In this document: one piece after another, positions 41,262-52,782 of the stretch | How positions within the stretch are numbered: the stretch's first letter is position 1 | Layout of the letters: each line of letters starts with the position of its first letter | Source of the DNA: an uncultured cyanobacterium | Lineage (GTDB): Bacteria > Cyanobacteriota > Cyanobacteriia > Cyanobacteriales > CAWCAG01 | DNA: 64,000 bases | Reading direction: 5' to 3' | NCBI GenBank assembly: GCA_963793425.1 | Contig: CAWCAG010000007.1 | Coordinates: 96,001 to 160,000, forward strand | The notes under the pieces: model-generated | What the model was told of the DNA's origin: nothing | The model's database searches: none | The model's input: only the letters and a program-made list of their open reading frames with translations | Made by a program: the position numbers and the translations under genes

Positions 41262-41750
41262 ATGTCTCAATTATCTCCTCAAGAAGCTGAAGAGAAAGTG
41301 CTGATCATGGAACGTTTGCGCTCCCTAAGCACTTTTTTAGATAATTCAATTACCATTCCTGGAACTTCTTATCGCATTGGCTTAGACCCTTTTTTAGGAC
41401 TTTTACCTGGGGTTGGAGATTATGCTGGGGCAGCAATTTCTGCTTTTATCGTCATTCAAGGCGCTCGTTTAGGGGCTTCTAAAAGCACTTTAACCCGTAT
41501 GGTTACTAATATTATTATTGAGTCTTTTGCTGGTACTATACCTGTTTTTGGGGATATTTTTGATGCTGGTTGGAAAGCTAATCTGAAAAATGTGGCTCTC
41601 TTAGACAACCATATCGCATCTTCCCCTCAAAGAAAAAAAGCTGACACTTGGTTTGTGTTTCTCTTATTAGCTGTTCTCGCTTTAGTGGTGATACTAACAA
41701 CAACTATTTTTATTCTCTTATTAAGTTTTCTTTGGCAACTTATTCAATGA
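41262..41750 (+). CDS. DUF4112 membrane protein
   Basis: LDNSITIPGT..RIGLDP..GLLPGVGD and GDIFDAGWKANLKN. Confidence 0.9.
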   Translation: MSQLSPQEAEEKVLIMERLRSLSTFLDNSITIPGTSYRIGLDPFLGLLPGVGDYAGAAISAFIVIQGARLGASKSTLTRMVTNIIIESFAGTIPVFGDIFDAGWKANLKNVALLDNHIASSPQRKKADTWFVFLLLAVLALVVILTTTIFILLLSFLWQLIQ

Positions 41751-41780
41751 TTAATGTTTAATGTTTAATGTTTAATGATA

Positions 41781-42128
41781 TCACCATTCCCCTCTGCCCT
41801 CTTGTCCCCAATCACCTGTTAAGGGATCGTCTTCTTCTATCTCTCTTTGATAATTAATATTTTCTTCTGTGGGATCACTCTTTTTTCTGCGAGGCGATCG
41901 CGGTAACTTTTTTGCATGAGGACGGGAAAAGATGATCGGCGCAACACTAGCAGCAACCATACCAATACCAAGGCTAAAAGCCAACCAAATACCAATAGGT
42001 GCTTCAACAGTTTGTAAGTTAAAAATCTTGAAGGATACAGGGGTAATGTTTTGGATAGAAAACACACCAATTGTTGCTATCCAACCAGCAAAAATCAGGG
42101 CAGTAAGTAAATTCCTAATTGTTTTCAT
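41781..42128 (-). CDS. LapA/DUF1049 family membrane protein
   Basis: Two TM helices around FSIQNITPVSFKIF. ATG at 42128. The upstream ORF extension crosses an STRR repeat. Confidence 0.75.
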   Translation of the reverse strand: MKTIRNLLTALIFAGWIATIGVFSIQNITPVSFKIFNLQTVEAPIGIWLAFSLGIGMVAASVAPIIFSRPHAKKLPRSPRRKKSDPTEENINYQREIEEDDPLTGDWGQEGRGEW

Positions 42129-42258
42129 AACAGAGTTTTTTATGTAGGGGAACAGGGAACAGAGAACAGGGAATAGAATATCTACAAATCTACCTATACC
42201 CTTCAATTAACGCTGAATTTGTTAGCAGATGCTGCTCCCTGCTCCCTGCTCCCTCAAT

Positions 42259-43698
42259 CTAAGACATCAAAGGTTTCATTTGTTGCACCTTTTCTTCCAT
42301 ATATTGAGCAATTTCTTCTTGCTTTTGAGGAGAATCAGTTTCTAGATAAACTCGCATTAAAGGTTCTGTACCAGAGGGACGCAGCAAGATCCAACTACCT
42401 TCTTCTAAGTATAGTTTAATACCATCTTTGCGACCGACCTCTTTTACCTTAATACCAGCAACTTCAGCGGGAGGATTGGTTTTATACTCTTCTAAAACCG
42501 CAGCTTTATGGGAGTCATCAAGGTGTAAATCTAGGCGCTGATTATATAATGGCCCATCGGCTTCGGCAATAACTTCTTCAACTAATTGAGATAAAGGCTT
42601 ACCTTCATAGGCGATCGCTTCTGCCACTAGCATATCGGCTAGGATGCCATCTTTTTCGGGAATATGGCCAATAATACTCAAACCGCCAGATTCTTCTCCA
42701 CCAATTAGTACCTCAGTTTCCCGCATTTTTGCGCCAATGTATTTGAAGCCTACAGCAGTTTCAAACAGTTTCAAACCATTTTTAAGGGCAAAATTGTCTA
42801 AAAGGTGAGTTGTGGCTACAGTACGGACGATAGCACCGGATTTGCCCCTATTTTTGATTAGGTGACGAGCTAATAATAATAAAACTGTATTAGGGGTGAG
42901 AACATTGCCTTTCTCATCAACAATACCGAAACGATCCGCATCACCATCTGTAGCTAAACCTAAATCAGCCCTATCCTGAGTAACCGCTTCAACTAAACCT
43001 TCTAATTGATCGGCTTTGGGTTCTGGCATTCCTCCACCAAAAAGAACATCACGGTGGGTATGAAAACTTTCTGTGTCGCAGCCACAATGTTCTAGAACTT
43101 CATCAAGATAACCGCGAGAGGTAGAGTAAAGGGCATCGAACTTAACTTTTAACCCAGCACTACTAATTTTATCAACATCAAGCAAACTGTAAATAAATTT
43201 TAAATATTCTGGTTTGGGGTCGAAAGTTGATATTTTATCAAGGTTTTTACCCTTGGCTGGGGCATCAGAAGCGCCTTCAATATTGGCAACAATTGTATCC
43301 GTTATTTCTGGTGTAGCTGGGCCGGCATAATCAGGAATATACTTGATACCGCAATACTGGGCAGGATTATGGCTAGCGGTGAACATCAAAGCCCCGGCGG
43401 AGTTGAGATGACGGGCATTATAAGCAATAACAGGAGTAGGACAATCGCGATCTACAACTTTGACTGTCCAACCCAAATCTGTAAGGATTTCTGCGGCCGT
43501 CTGGGCAAACTCGTCTGCTAAAAAACGAGGATCATAGGCAACTAAAACCGGACGACTTTTAGGATAGGCGGTTTCTAAATAAGCAGCGATCGCCCGTGTC
43601 ACTTTACAAACATTAGGGAAAGTAAAGTCATCAGCAATAATACCCCGCCAACCATCAGTACCAAACTTAATTTCTTTAGAACTACTGGATACACTCAT
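42259..43698 (-). CDS. Phosphoglucomutase/phosphomannomutase family protein
   Basis: FGTDGWRG, TASHNP, DGDADR, GEESGG and RPSGTEP. Confidence 0.93.
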   Translation of the reverse strand: MSVSSSSKEIKFGTDGWRGIIADDFTFPNVCKVTRAIAAYLETAYPKSRPVLVAYDPRFLADEFAQTAAEILTDLGWTVKVVDRDCPTPVIAYNARHLNSAGALMFTASHNPAQYCGIKYIPDYAGPATPEITDTIVANIEGASDAPAKGKNLDKISTFDPKPEYLKFIYSLLDVDKISSAGLKVKFDALYSTSRGYLDEVLEHCGCDTESFHTHRDVLFGGGMPEPKADQLEGLVEAVTQDRADLGLATDGDADRFGIVDEKGNVLTPNTVLLLLARHLIKNRGKSGAIVRTVATTHLLDNFALKNGLKLFETAVGFKYIGAKMRETEVLIGGEESGGLSIIGHIPEKDGILADMLVAEAIAYEGKPLSQLVEEVIAEADGPLYNQRLDLHLDDSHKAAVLEEYKTNPPAEVAGIKVKEVGRKDGIKLYLEEGSWILLRPSGTEPLMRVYLETDSPQKQEEIAQYMEEKVQQMKPLMS

Positions 43699-43992
43699 AC
43701 TTAAACTATTTCCTTTATAAAACCAATTTAATAGTAATAGAAGGCGATCCAGTTTAGGTTAAGAGTTGGTTCAAGGCTTAAGGGGCAACTATCCATTCTG
43801 CCGTTGTCTGGGGCATTATTGATCATGATACGAGAATCAATTAAGCTTATGTTACTAATTACCGTAGAATGATGTCATTTCTTCTGGTAAATGATAAATT
43901 AGCTGCAATCAGGAATTAAATCTGCTAGCTTCTATCTATCGTCTCTATTAAACATCAACACCATACATTTATATTCGGAGCTGTAAACCACC

Positions 43993-44547
43993 GTGACTCA
44001 GACTGAAACTCCAACCTTAAATTCCTTGCAGAGTGAAGCCTCCCGTTTGCGAGAAGAACTTCAGCTTAGAGATCAGCTAGTCCAACAGCTATCTCAAGAA
44101 CTATTCCGACTGGTAAAGGGAAATGCTAACTTCATGCCCCAACCAGAAATTTCTGAACACCACAAAGCAGAAATGCAATTGTTGCGCGAACAAGTCCAAG
44201 AGGTAGAACAACAAGTAGAATTTTATCAAGAGCAGATTGCTGAGCGGGATGTAGAAATTTATCAACTACGTCAATCTGTTCAAGAATTAAGCGATCGCAG
44301 TAGAATGTTAGAGCAAGTAGTTCAAGAATTACCTCAGGTTTATCGCCGCAAATTCGCTGAGCGTATGATTCCGGTTAGAGAAAAAGTTGAAGGTTTACAA
44401 AGAGAAAATCGTCAACTTCATACCGAGTTACAAAGCGTAAGTTATCGCCTAGCAGTTAAAAATCGTCGCCAAGCTACTCGCATTGATTTACCCGATTTTA
44501 GGAATAGGGTTATTTCTAGCCCTATTCCTACCTTTGGTAACGCTTAA
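43993..44547 (+). CDS. Coiled-coil protein (Npun_F5560-like)
   Basis: LRDQLVQQLSQELFRLVKGN, with heptad-rich sequence throughout. Confidence 0.75.
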   Translation: MTQTETPTLNSLQSEASRLREELQLRDQLVQQLSQELFRLVKGNANFMPQPEISEHHKAEMQLLREQVQEVEQQVEFYQEQIAERDVEIYQLRQSVQELSDRSRMLEQVVQELPQVYRRKFAERMIPVREKVEGLQRENRQLHTELQSVSYRLAVKNRRQATRIDLPDFRNRVISSPIPTFGNA

Positions 44548-44642
44548 TCAATGATCAATTATGCTTAGCGGCAACGGTGAGCCGGACAGTTATCAGATCA
44601 ATGATTAGTTATTCGCTTTAGGTGGTGGTGGGTTTTTGGGGA

Positions 44643-45518
44643 TTAATCTTGTTTTTTGATCCAATCTAAGCACTTTTCCATTTGCTCACTCATGGTTTCT
44701 GGATCTGCGTGGTAGCGACGACCATGACCTGGGAGTACCCACTCAAAAGAGTAATTAGCTAACTTTTCCATGGAATGGGTTAACTCTGCCCAAGAGTACC
44801 AGCAAGCCCGACGAAAAGCAAAAAGCTGATTGAGATCCTTAGACCAAGCAAGATGATCGCCTGTGAAAAGAAACTTGTTTTGATAAAGTAAGACGGTGTG
44901 ACCTTTAGTATGGCCGGGAACAGGAATAATTAATAGATCAGGGGCAAACTGCACTACTTCTAAACCCTTAAGCTGTATCTCTACGTCCTTCGTCCCTGAA
45001 TTGATTTCATCAGTGTGAAGTAGGCGATCGCAGCCAAAATGTTGGTGAAATTTTTGATGATCTGCCACATCATCCCGATGGGTTAAATACATATAACTTA
45101 CTCCCCCCATTTCCTCAAAACGTTTAACCAAAGGTGGTGCAAAGCGAGGGGAATCAACTAAGATATTACCTTCCGGACGCTGAATAAAATAGCTAGCTGC
45201 ACCGAAAGAATTTTCGGCATGATAACCGCAGTGGTAAACGTTTTCCGTAACTAAGAGAGGAAAGCTTTGTTGGGCTAGTTTAATATCCTGGGGTTTTTCT
45301 ACCGTACCAATAGAAGCTGTAGGGCAAGCTAACAGGGCTTGCATTGCCTGTAATCGTTCTTTTTCACCTTCAGGTTGATGATGTACTGCTGACTTACTTT
45401 CCTTTCTGTAATAGACTTGTGGAGCCATCCAGCGACAGGTATCACAGTCAATACAGCTACTATCTACATAAAAGTCACCATCAACATTTTCAGAGCGACG
45501 TTCTTTAAGTTTAGCCAT
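44643..45518 (-). CDS. Ferredoxin-MBL-fold metallohydrolase fusion
   Basis: CIDCDTC...CPT Fe-S motif, THRDDVADH, GHTKGH, TGDH and PGHG. Confidence 0.9.
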   Translation of the reverse strand: MAKLKERRSENVDGDFYVDSSCIDCDTCRWMAPQVYYRKESKSAVHHQPEGEKERLQAMQALLACPTASIGTVEKPQDIKLAQQSFPLLVTENVYHCGYHAENSFGAASYFIQRPEGNILVDSPRFAPPLVKRFEEMGGVSYMYLTHRDDVADHQKFHQHFGCDRLLHTDEINSGTKDVEIQLKGLEVVQFAPDLLIIPVPGHTKGHTVLLYQNKFLFTGDHLAWSKDLNQLFAFRRACWYSWAELTHSMEKLANYSFEWVLPGHGRRYHADPETMSEQMEKCLDWIKKQD

Positions 45519-45622
45519 TTTTCTGATTTTTAAAGTTTATAATATTGAATTAGCTAAAATAAGCTATAACTCTTTTCTGCTACCTACTCCCTTGTCCCAG
45601 TAACCAATCTAGCCCGACAGCT

Positions 45623-46165
45623 ATGCTATCTACCAAAACAATTGAGCGTCTTAATCAACAAATAAACTTAGAGATATATTCCTCTCATCTCTATTTGCAA
45701 ATGAGTTCTTGGTGTTCTTTTCAATCCCTTGAAGGCTGTGCAGTCTTTCTTAGTCAACACGCCGACGAAGAGATGATGCATATGCGCCGTTTATTTAATT
45801 ATCTCCAAGAAACGGGAGCTTTAGCAACTATTGGTGGAATGCAAGCGCCACCAAGTAAGTTTGAATCATTGACGCAAATGTTTGAGAAAATCTATGAACA
45901 TGAACAAGTTGTTACTAGTAAGATTAATGATTTGGTGCATTTAGCCAATACCGAACCAGATTATGCAACTCTTCAGTTTCTCCAATGGTATGTTGCTGAA
46001 CAACACCAAGAAGAATTTTTATTCAAAAGCATTCTTGATAAGATTAATTTGATTGGTACAGAAGGGCAAGGAATCTTTTTTATAGATCGCGAAATTGGCA
46101 ACATGGCAAATAATAAAGCAGAACAAACAACAACAATGACTGATGAAGAAACAGTCATGAATTGA
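45623..46165 (+). CDS. ftnA: Non-heme ferritin
   Basis: QINLEIYSSHLYLQMSSWC, EEMMH and FLQWYVAEQHQEE. Confidence 0.92.
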   Translation: MLSTKTIERLNQQINLEIYSSHLYLQMSSWCSFQSLEGCAVFLSQHADEEMMHMRRLFNYLQETGALATIGGMQAPPSKFESLTQMFEKIYEHEQVVTSKINDLVHLANTEPDYATLQFLQWYVAEQHQEEFLFKSILDKINLIGTEGQGIFFIDREIGNMANNKAEQTTTMTDEETVMN

Positions 46166-46192
46166 TTGCTTTCCCTTGGAAATTTCACTCTA

Positions 46193-46588
46193 TTATAGGC
46201 AATTTTCATCAAGCCCTAAAATCTCATCAACAACAACCTCACCTATGGGGCGTGAACCTTCCATAAAATAACCTCTTATACCAATTTTTATCCTGTTTTT
46301 ATGTATTTTCTCTCTCATCTCACAGGATAATATTCGCATTGAGGCACGACCATTTAATGGCACAGGGATATTTTTACCAAGAGGATTACCCATGTCATCC
46401 AAAAATTCAGGGTGAATCATATAAATTCCTGTCTGTTTAATATCATCATCTTTATAAGCGAAGTCACAGCGAAGATGTTGATAGGTTACTTTTCTGCCGC
46501 CTTGATTCTCTGAGTAAAGGTGATATTTAACCTGGAAATCTGGTTTATTTTGAGGCACAGTATTCTGGTCAACTACGCTATTAATCAA
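46193..46588 (-). CDS. Hypothetical protein resembling EF-Tu domain III
   Basis: NQGGRK motif near the N-terminus and FMEGSRPIGEVVV near the C-terminus. Confidence 0.6.
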   Translation of the reverse strand: MINSVVDQNTVPQNKPDFQVKYHLYSENQGGRKVTYQHLRCDFAYKDDDIKQTGIYMIHPEFLDDMGNPLGKNIPVPLNGRASMRILSCEMREKIHKNRIKIGIRGYFMEGSRPIGEVVVDEILGLDENCL

Positions 46589-46669
46589 TTAAATCTTATT
46601 GACAATATCTTGGGGAGAAGTTTTCATTGCTTTTCTCCTGAAAGACTTTTTTGAAGACTGCCCAATAAT

Positions 46670-47233
46670 TTACTCTAGCAACCAAGCAAACAACTCCTTA
46701 AGCGTAAGCTGTAATTCACTTGCAAATGATGGCACAGGAAGAAGATCATCTGGCTGTTCAAATACTTCAGTTTCTTGTTTAGGATGATAGATAAAGACAG
46801 TTTGCTCATTTGGATCAATCAACCAACCCATTTGCGTGCCATGTTTCAGGCAGTGGAGAATATTCTTGGTTACTTTTGTTTGACTTTGATCCGGAGACAA
46901 AATTTCAATTGTCCAATCTGGCGCAAGAGAAAATACGTTAGCAATTTCCCCATTCTCATCACGGGGAATTCTACTCCAAGTAAATACTACAATATCAGGT
47001 ATAGTTGAGCGGCCACCAAATGTGCAACGTAACTCAGGAAAGGCACGAGCAATACGCTTTGATTTAACTACACTATTGATAGCAGGTACAAATTCTCCTT
47101 GAATTGCGCTATGTTTCCCCTGGGGCATTGGCTTTGAGATAATTTTACCATTGATGTATTCCTGGGCAGGCTTGGTTTCTGGTAATTTTAGAAACTCTGT
47201 TAATGTCAGTGTTTTAGATGGTGTTTGTACCAT
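46670..47233 (-). CDS. Uma2-family endonuclease
   Basis: EFLKLPETKPAQEYING, PDIVV and APDWTIEILSP. Confidence 0.92.
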   Translation of the reverse strand: MVQTPSKTLTLTEFLKLPETKPAQEYINGKIISKPMPQGKHSAIQGEFVPAINSVVKSKRIARAFPELRCTFGGRSTIPDIVVFTWSRIPRDENGEIANVFSLAPDWTIEILSPDQSQTKVTKNILHCLKHGTQMGWLIDPNEQTVFIYHPKQETEVFEQPDDLLPVPSFASELQLTLKELFAWLLE

Positions 47234-47287
47234 TTGGGCTTGCCTCTACATCTACTCAATCTGATACTAATAACTGCTAATTGAGTA

Positions 47288-48676
47288 CTAGTTTGCTACT
47301 AAAGATTTTGCCTCTGCCAAAGCTTTTTTAACTTGCTCAAAACCAGTACCACCATAACTATTACGGGCTGCTACAACTTGTTGAGGAGAAATAGCTTGGT
47401 AAATGTCTTCTTCAAAAGCAGGATGCAATTGTTGCCATTCTTCTAAAGTTAAATCTTTGAGTAATTTACCAGCAGCTAAACTAGTTTTCACTACCTTACC
47501 CACCAGGTTATAAGCTTCTCGAAAAGGTACACCCTTAGTTGCTAAATAATCTGCCACATCGGTAGCATTAGAAAAGTCTTCTGCTACGGCTTCTCCTAAA
47601 CGCTGGGTACGAAACTCTAATCCTTCTTTTAAAAGCACTGTCATCGCTTCTAAGCAACCTTGGACGGTTTTAACTGCATCAAATAAAGCTTCCTTGTCTT
47701 CCTGTAAGTCTTTGTTGTAGGCAAGGGGTAATCCTTTCATCAACACTAACATTCCTTGGAGATGACCAAAAACTCGACCAGTTTTCCCCCTGACTAATTC
47801 TGGAACATCAGGGTTCTTTTTTTGGGGCATAATACTAGAACCAGTGGAACAGTTATCTTTGAGGGTAATGAAGCTAAATTCCTGGGAAGCCCAGAGAATA
47901 ATCTCCTCGGAAATGCGGCTGAGGTGAACCATAATTAAGCTGGCAGCACTGAGAAATTCAATGGCAAAGTCGCGATCGCTAACTCCATCTAAACTATTGG
48001 CATATACTCCCCCAAAACCAAGCTCTGAGGCAGTATAATGACGGTCTATAGGAAAGGTTGTACCAGCTAATGCACCGCTACCTAGAGGGGAAATATTAGT
48101 CCGTTGATAAACTTCTCCTAATCTTTCCCAGTCTCGCTGTGCCATTTGGAAATAGGCGAGGAGATGATGGGCTAGGCTGAGAGGTTGCGCCCTTTGGAGG
48201 TGGGTATAACCGGGAATGAGGGTTTCTACGTGATTTTCGGCATGATTGAGTAAGACTTCTTGCCACTGCCGCAATTGAGTCTGAATTTCTTTGATTTGTT
48301 CCCGCAAATAGAGGCGAGTATCTGTCCCGACTTGATCATTACGGGAACGCCCAGTATGGAGTTTTTTACCAACATCACCAATTATTTCCGTTAAGCGACG
48401 TTCCACAGCAAAATGAACATCTTCTGCATCAATACCAGGGTTAAAGTTTCCGGCTTGGTATTCTGAACGAATTTGTTCTAAACCCGCTACTAGTTTTTCT
48501 CCTTCTTCCGGAGAAATTATGCCTGTACGGGCTAACATTTTGCCGTGGGCAATAGAACCCGTTAGGTCATATTCAATTAATTCCAGATCAAAACCAATGC
48601 TGGCATTAAATTCTGCGATCGCAGGATGTAGAGATGTTTCAAAGCGATCGCTCCAAGTTTTCTTTTCTTTCACCAC
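47288..48676 (-). CDS. argH: Argininosuccinate lyase
   Basis: [20 protein letters not shown] and [12 protein letters not shown]. Confidence 0.96.
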   Translation of the reverse strand: MVKEKKTWSDRFETSLHPAIAEFNASIGFDLELIEYDLTGSIAHGKMLARTGIISPEEGEKLVAGLEQIRSEYQAGNFNPGIDAEDVHFAVERRLTEIIGDVGKKLHTGRSRNDQVGTDTRLYLREQIKEIQTQLRQWQEVLLNHAENHVETLIPGYTHLQRAQPLSLAHHLLAYFQMAQRDWERLGEVYQRTNISPLGSGALAGTTFPIDRHYTASELGFGGVYANSLDGVSDRDFAIEFLSAASLIMVHLSRISEEIILWASQEFSFITLKDNCSTGSSIMPQKKNPDVPELVRGKTGRVFGHLQGMLVLMKGLPLAYNKDLQEDKEALFDAVKTVQGCLEAMTVLLKEGLEFRTQRLGEAVAEDFSNATDVADYLATKGVPFREAYNLVGKVVKTSLAAGKLLKDLTLEEWQQLHPAFEEDIYQAISPQQVVAARNSYGGTGFEQVKKALAEAKSLVAN

Positions 48677-48745
48677 GAAATTTCAACCCCTCATTTCATT
48701 TAACATTGAGCATTTTACATTTATCGTTTAGCTGCAAACTAATTT

Positions 48746-48958
48746 CTAGCCGAAAGAAGTAAAACCGCGAATAAAATAACCCAAGGTTATGCCGATTAGG
48801 AAAGCCCAGATTTGCCCAGATTCGATGAAATTTTGTACTGCCCCACGCATCTGACCGAGAACATCTGGATCTGATACTGCTTGAGCTAATATGTTGCTTA
48901 AATAAGGTAAATGTGCTGTTGCTATGTCCATATTTGTCTGCATCCCGATTAAAGTCAT
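48746..48958 (-). CDS. Small membrane hypothetical protein
   Basis: LAQ...FIESGQIWAFLIGITLGYF. Co-oriented between the phosphatase and argH. Start uncertain. Confidence 0.65.
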   Translation of the reverse strand: MTLIGMQTNMDIATAHLPYLSNILAQAVSDPDVLGQMRGAVQNFIESGQIWAFLIGITLGYFIRGFTSFG

Positions 48959-48994
48959 CTTGATTAATCTACCCTACTCAACGCTTCTTTTTCC

Positions 48995-50455
48995 TTAATT
49001 ACAAGGAGAACTTTGTTGCTGAGAAGATTTTACCTGCATTACCACTAATGTCATATCATCACCGTTGCGATTGCCCAGACCAATGAACTGTTGTACTCTC
49101 TCAAAAAGATGCTCAAGAATACCTTGGGGGTGATGACCCTCTTGGCAAGCCCATTTAAAGGCCGTTACTAAATTATCTTCATCAAAGCGGTCACCATTTT
49201 TGTTAACTCCATCAGTAAAACCATCTGTGTAATAAATTATTGTATCCCCTGGAGCAAGTTGTATTTGAGCATCTTCATATTCTGATTCTGCGTCTAGCCC
49301 AATTAACATACCCAAGGTATCTAAGCGAATAATCGAACTACTAGCTGCGTGCCATAGCAACGGCGGGTTATGAGCAGCATTACTGTAGGCAAGAATCCCA
49401 GTTTTGGGGTTGTATTCAGAGTAAAATAAGGTGACAAATCGATGGGAATTTTCTAAATCCTCATACATAACCCGGTTTAAGTGCTGGAGGATTTTTGCTG
49501 GGGAGTTGCGGTTGAGGACTTCTGCCCTGAGCATTCCCCTGGTCATGGTCATTATTAATCCCGCAGGTACTCCTTTCCCCATCACGTCCCCAATGGTAAT
49601 ACTCCAAGGAACACATTGGGAAGACTGGGAACCATCTGGATTTTGCCTGATTTGGTCGTAATTAGCAGGGATAAAATCGTAGTAATCTCCCCCTACTCGG
49701 CTAGCAGTTTGGCAATTAGCGGCTAATTCTACCCCAGCAATTTGTGGGCATTTGCTAGGGAGTAGGTGGACTTGTATTTCTGAAGCGATTTCTAGTTCTC
49801 GGTCTAAGCGTTCTTTTTGCCGCAGTTCTACGGTTAAATCGTTATTAGCAATAGCCACAGCAGTTTGATCTGCCACTAGCTGAACTAACTTTCTGCGAGT
49901 GGAAGTCCAACTATAATCTTCGTTGCGACTAAAAACATATAAACGCCCTCTGTCTCTATTTTTTAGGAGAATGGGCGTACCAAAAAGCTTAACTTCTGGC
50001 TCTAGATAATTTTTGAGTTTTTCATCAAGATATTCAGCAAAGGGAAGGGGCAGTTTGTTTTCCCCTGGGCTGTTTTTGGCTTGTTTTTGTAGGGCATTGA
50101 AGTAAGCGATCGCCTTATCTAAGGCCAAGCTAATATCTTGACAACTATTGCTCTGCTGACAATGCAATAATTCTAGCCGCACTCTACCATTAGGCTTCAA
50201 TAAAACCAAAGCCCCTCCTTCTGCATCCGTAACCCTTGCGGCCATCAGAGGTACAATTTCTAGAAATTGTTTTAAGTTATTGAAGCTACGGAGGGCAAAC
50301 CCCAAGGAACTCAAGAGGTTTTGAACTTTGTGCTGCTCCCTAGAAAGGTCAGCTACTAATTCTTTTAAGGCCAAAATTGGTTGCGTGTCAGTAACAGCAA
50401 CTTTTCGGTCATTATCTCCAGAGTACTGGCGACGTGGAATAGGGACAGCAGTCAT
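48995..50455 (-). CDS. GAF plus PP2C/SpoIIE Ser/Thr phosphatase (RsbU-like)
   Basis: VGGDYYD, GDVMGKG, YTDG and GDDMT. Confidence 0.9.
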   Translation of the reverse strand: MTAVPIPRRQYSGDNDRKVAVTDTQPILALKELVADLSREQHKVQNLLSSLGFALRSFNNLKQFLEIVPLMAARVTDAEGGALVLLKPNGRVRLELLHCQQSNSCQDISLALDKAIAYFNALQKQAKNSPGENKLPLPFAEYLDEKLKNYLEPEVKLFGTPILLKNRDRGRLYVFSRNEDYSWTSTRRKLVQLVADQTAVAIANNDLTVELRQKERLDRELEIASEIQVHLLPSKCPQIAGVELAANCQTASRVGGDYYDFIPANYDQIRQNPDGSQSSQCVPWSITIGDVMGKGVPAGLIMTMTRGMLRAEVLNRNSPAKILQHLNRVMYEDLENSHRFVTLFYSEYNPKTGILAYSNAAHNPPLLWHAASSSIIRLDTLGMLIGLDAESEYEDAQIQLAPGDTIIYYTDGFTDGVNKNGDRFDEDNLVTAFKWACQEGHHPQGILEHLFERVQQFIGLGNRNGDDMTLVVMQVKSSQQQSSPCN

Positions 50456-50772
50456 CGCAAGGAATTTCGCAATTTTTTATAGGGGATTTTGCTCGATTTT
50501 TCCTTCAAAGGAGGCTCAAAAAACCAGATAGCTGGTATTTTCTATCAGGATAATTGATACTTGCTGATTATCTGGCAAGATGTACCAAACAACAGAGGGC
50601 CTCATCACCCTTAAGGAGTAAGCACAGTTATTGTAGCAACCACATTTTGGTTTTATGTGGCTTGAGGCTGGTAAATGATAGCGTTAAATGCCATTTTTGC
50701 CAATAGGTAAGTGGGGTTATTTTTTATTGGGGAGCGAAAAGGGGAAGAATGTACTTACTTGCTTTCCCCAGT

Positions 50773-52764
50773 TCATTTTTTCATTTCTGAGAGTGCATTT
50801 TTGGTCATCGCTGCGATCGCGCTGTCAGTTGCTTTAGGAAGATGGTAATATTTTCCCCCTGCTTGCTTAGCTAATTCCTTAGCAAAACCCGTAGAAACAA
50901 ATTTATTTTCTGTATCAATTACTAGTATTTGCATTCCCAAAGCGTTGATTCTGGCAGCAATATCGAGTAATTCTGCTTTTATATCTGGTTTTTCATCTTC
51001 CGGTAAAGTATCTCCTAAAGAACGGGCTAAGGGGATATTTCCCCTACCATCAGTGATAGCCACAATCACCACTTGACCAATATCTCCTGACATTTGGGCA
51101 TTAGTTCCCACATGAACTGCTTGGGTTAAGCCATGTGCCAAAGGAGAACCACCGCCACAGGGTAGTTGTTCTAATCGTCCTTTCGCTAGGGCAATGGAAC
51201 GGGTGGGGGGCAGTAGAACTTCTGCCCTTTCACCCCGGAAAGGAATCAAGGCTACTTGATCACGATTTTCATAGGCTTCGGTTAAGAGGCGCAAGACGGC
51301 CCCTTTTGCTGATTGCATTCGGTTTAAGGCCATGGAACCGGAAGCATCTACTACGAATACAACTAAGGAACCAGCTTTCCTGACTAAACGCTTAGCCCGT
51401 AAATCACTTTGTTCTACGATAACTGTACGATCGGGGTGGCGTAGCCTCCTGGCTTTTTGATAGGGGGCAGCGGCACGGAGGGTTGCATCTACAGCGACTC
51501 GACGTACTTTTCCTTTCGGTAACATCGGTTTAATGTAGCGTCCCCGATCATCGGAAAAAATGACGCTGCGACTACCAGATTTTCCTTGACGCTGAGCCAT
51601 TTGAGTAAAGTAAAGGACGCTAGGGTCGAGGATGACTCCTGCGGCATCAAAGAGAAATTCTTCTGGTATATCTGGGGGTTCTTGTTGTTCTTCTTCCTCT
51701 GGTTGCTCCTCCTGGTCTTCTTTTTCTTCATCAGGTTCTTGCTGATTTTCGTCTTGGTTTTGGGGCTGTGGTGGCGGAGGGGGTTGCTGTTCTTCTTCTG
51801 GAGGGGTTTGTATGACCGTAGAACGGGGTACAATCACTAATTCCACTGCCCGACGTAAATCTTCTGCTGTCACGTCGTTTCTCCCTTCTAAAGCGGCGGC
51901 GGCTTTCGCAACTCTAAGGGCGAATAGTTCGGCCCGATGCCCTTCTACTTCTCCCCTAACGGCTTCTTCCACTAGATAGGTTATTTGTTCTTTGCTGATA
52001 TGAACATCTTTTAACCATTCTCTGGCGAGGATGATCTCTGTTTTGAGGTTATCCATATCCTCTTGATACTGACTGAGAAAATCTTGGGGAGAGTAGGTAT
52101 AACCAATGGCTTGTTCTACGGCTTGGACTCGCTGATCTAAGGCTAAAACTCCATCGGCGGAAAGGGTAATGGCGATGCGGTCTAATAAATGTTCTCGTAG
52201 AGTACCTTCTTCTGGGTTATAAGTGGCGAGTAAAAGAGGCTTGCAAGGATGTTCAATACTAATACCTTCTCGTTCTACCCGATTGCATCCTTCGGTTAAA
52301 ACTGTTAAAAGTTGGTTGGCAATTTGCTCATCAAGGAGGTTGATTTCGTCAATATAGAGTACTCCCCGATGGGCTTTAGCTAATAGTCCCGGCTGGAAGA
52401 TGGGTTCCCCCTGTTGGACAGATTTTTCTACATCCACTGAACCTAAAAGACGATCTTCTGTGGTTCCTAAAGGAATTTGCACAAAGGGGGGCTGAATAAT
52501 TTCTACTTCTTGGTCTGAAGGTTGAATTAAGTTTGTTCCTGAGAATTCTGCAACTGGTTTGAGGTTACAGTAAGACCCTTTAACCACTTCAATGGGAGGT
52601 AAAAGGGCGTGAATTGCCCTGGCCATGACTGATTTAGCCGTACCCCGACGACCGGCGATCGCAACTCCCCCTAATCCGGGATCTACTGCTGCTAGTAATA
52701 AAGCCAGTTTGATAGCATCTTGCCCCACTACAGCAGTGAGGGGAAAAGTTAAGTTAGCAGTCAT
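50773..52764 (-). CDS. chlD: Magnesium chelatase subunit D
   Basis: AAA+ (GRRGTAKS), Pro/acidic linker and vWA ([11 protein letters not shown]). Confidence 0.94.
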   Translation of the reverse strand: MTANLTFPLTAVVGQDAIKLALLLAAVDPGLGGVAIAGRRGTAKSVMARAIHALLPPIEVVKGSYCNLKPVAEFSGTNLIQPSDQEVEIIQPPFVQIPLGTTEDRLLGSVDVEKSVQQGEPIFQPGLLAKAHRGVLYIDEINLLDEQIANQLLTVLTEGCNRVEREGISIEHPCKPLLLATYNPEEGTLREHLLDRIAITLSADGVLALDQRVQAVEQAIGYTYSPQDFLSQYQEDMDNLKTEIILAREWLKDVHISKEQITYLVEEAVRGEVEGHRAELFALRVAKAAAALEGRNDVTAEDLRRAVELVIVPRSTVIQTPPEEEQQPPPPPQPQNQDENQQEPDEEKEDQEEQPEEEEQQEPPDIPEEFLFDAAGVILDPSVLYFTQMAQRQGKSGSRSVIFSDDRGRYIKPMLPKGKVRRVAVDATLRAAAPYQKARRLRHPDRTVIVEQSDLRAKRLVRKAGSLVVFVVDASGSMALNRMQSAKGAVLRLLTEAYENRDQVALIPFRGERAEVLLPPTRSIALAKGRLEQLPCGGGSPLAHGLTQAVHVGTNAQMSGDIGQVVIVAITDGRGNIPLARSLGDTLPEDEKPDIKAELLDIAARINALGMQILVIDTENKFVSTGFAKELAKQAGGKYYHLPKATDSAIAAMTKNALSEMKK

Positions 52765-52782
52765 AGTTTAAGTTATTAGTTA

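Noticed and set aside
51650..51810. Low-complexity Pro/Glu/Gln tract
   Set aside because: This is the normal ChlD linker.
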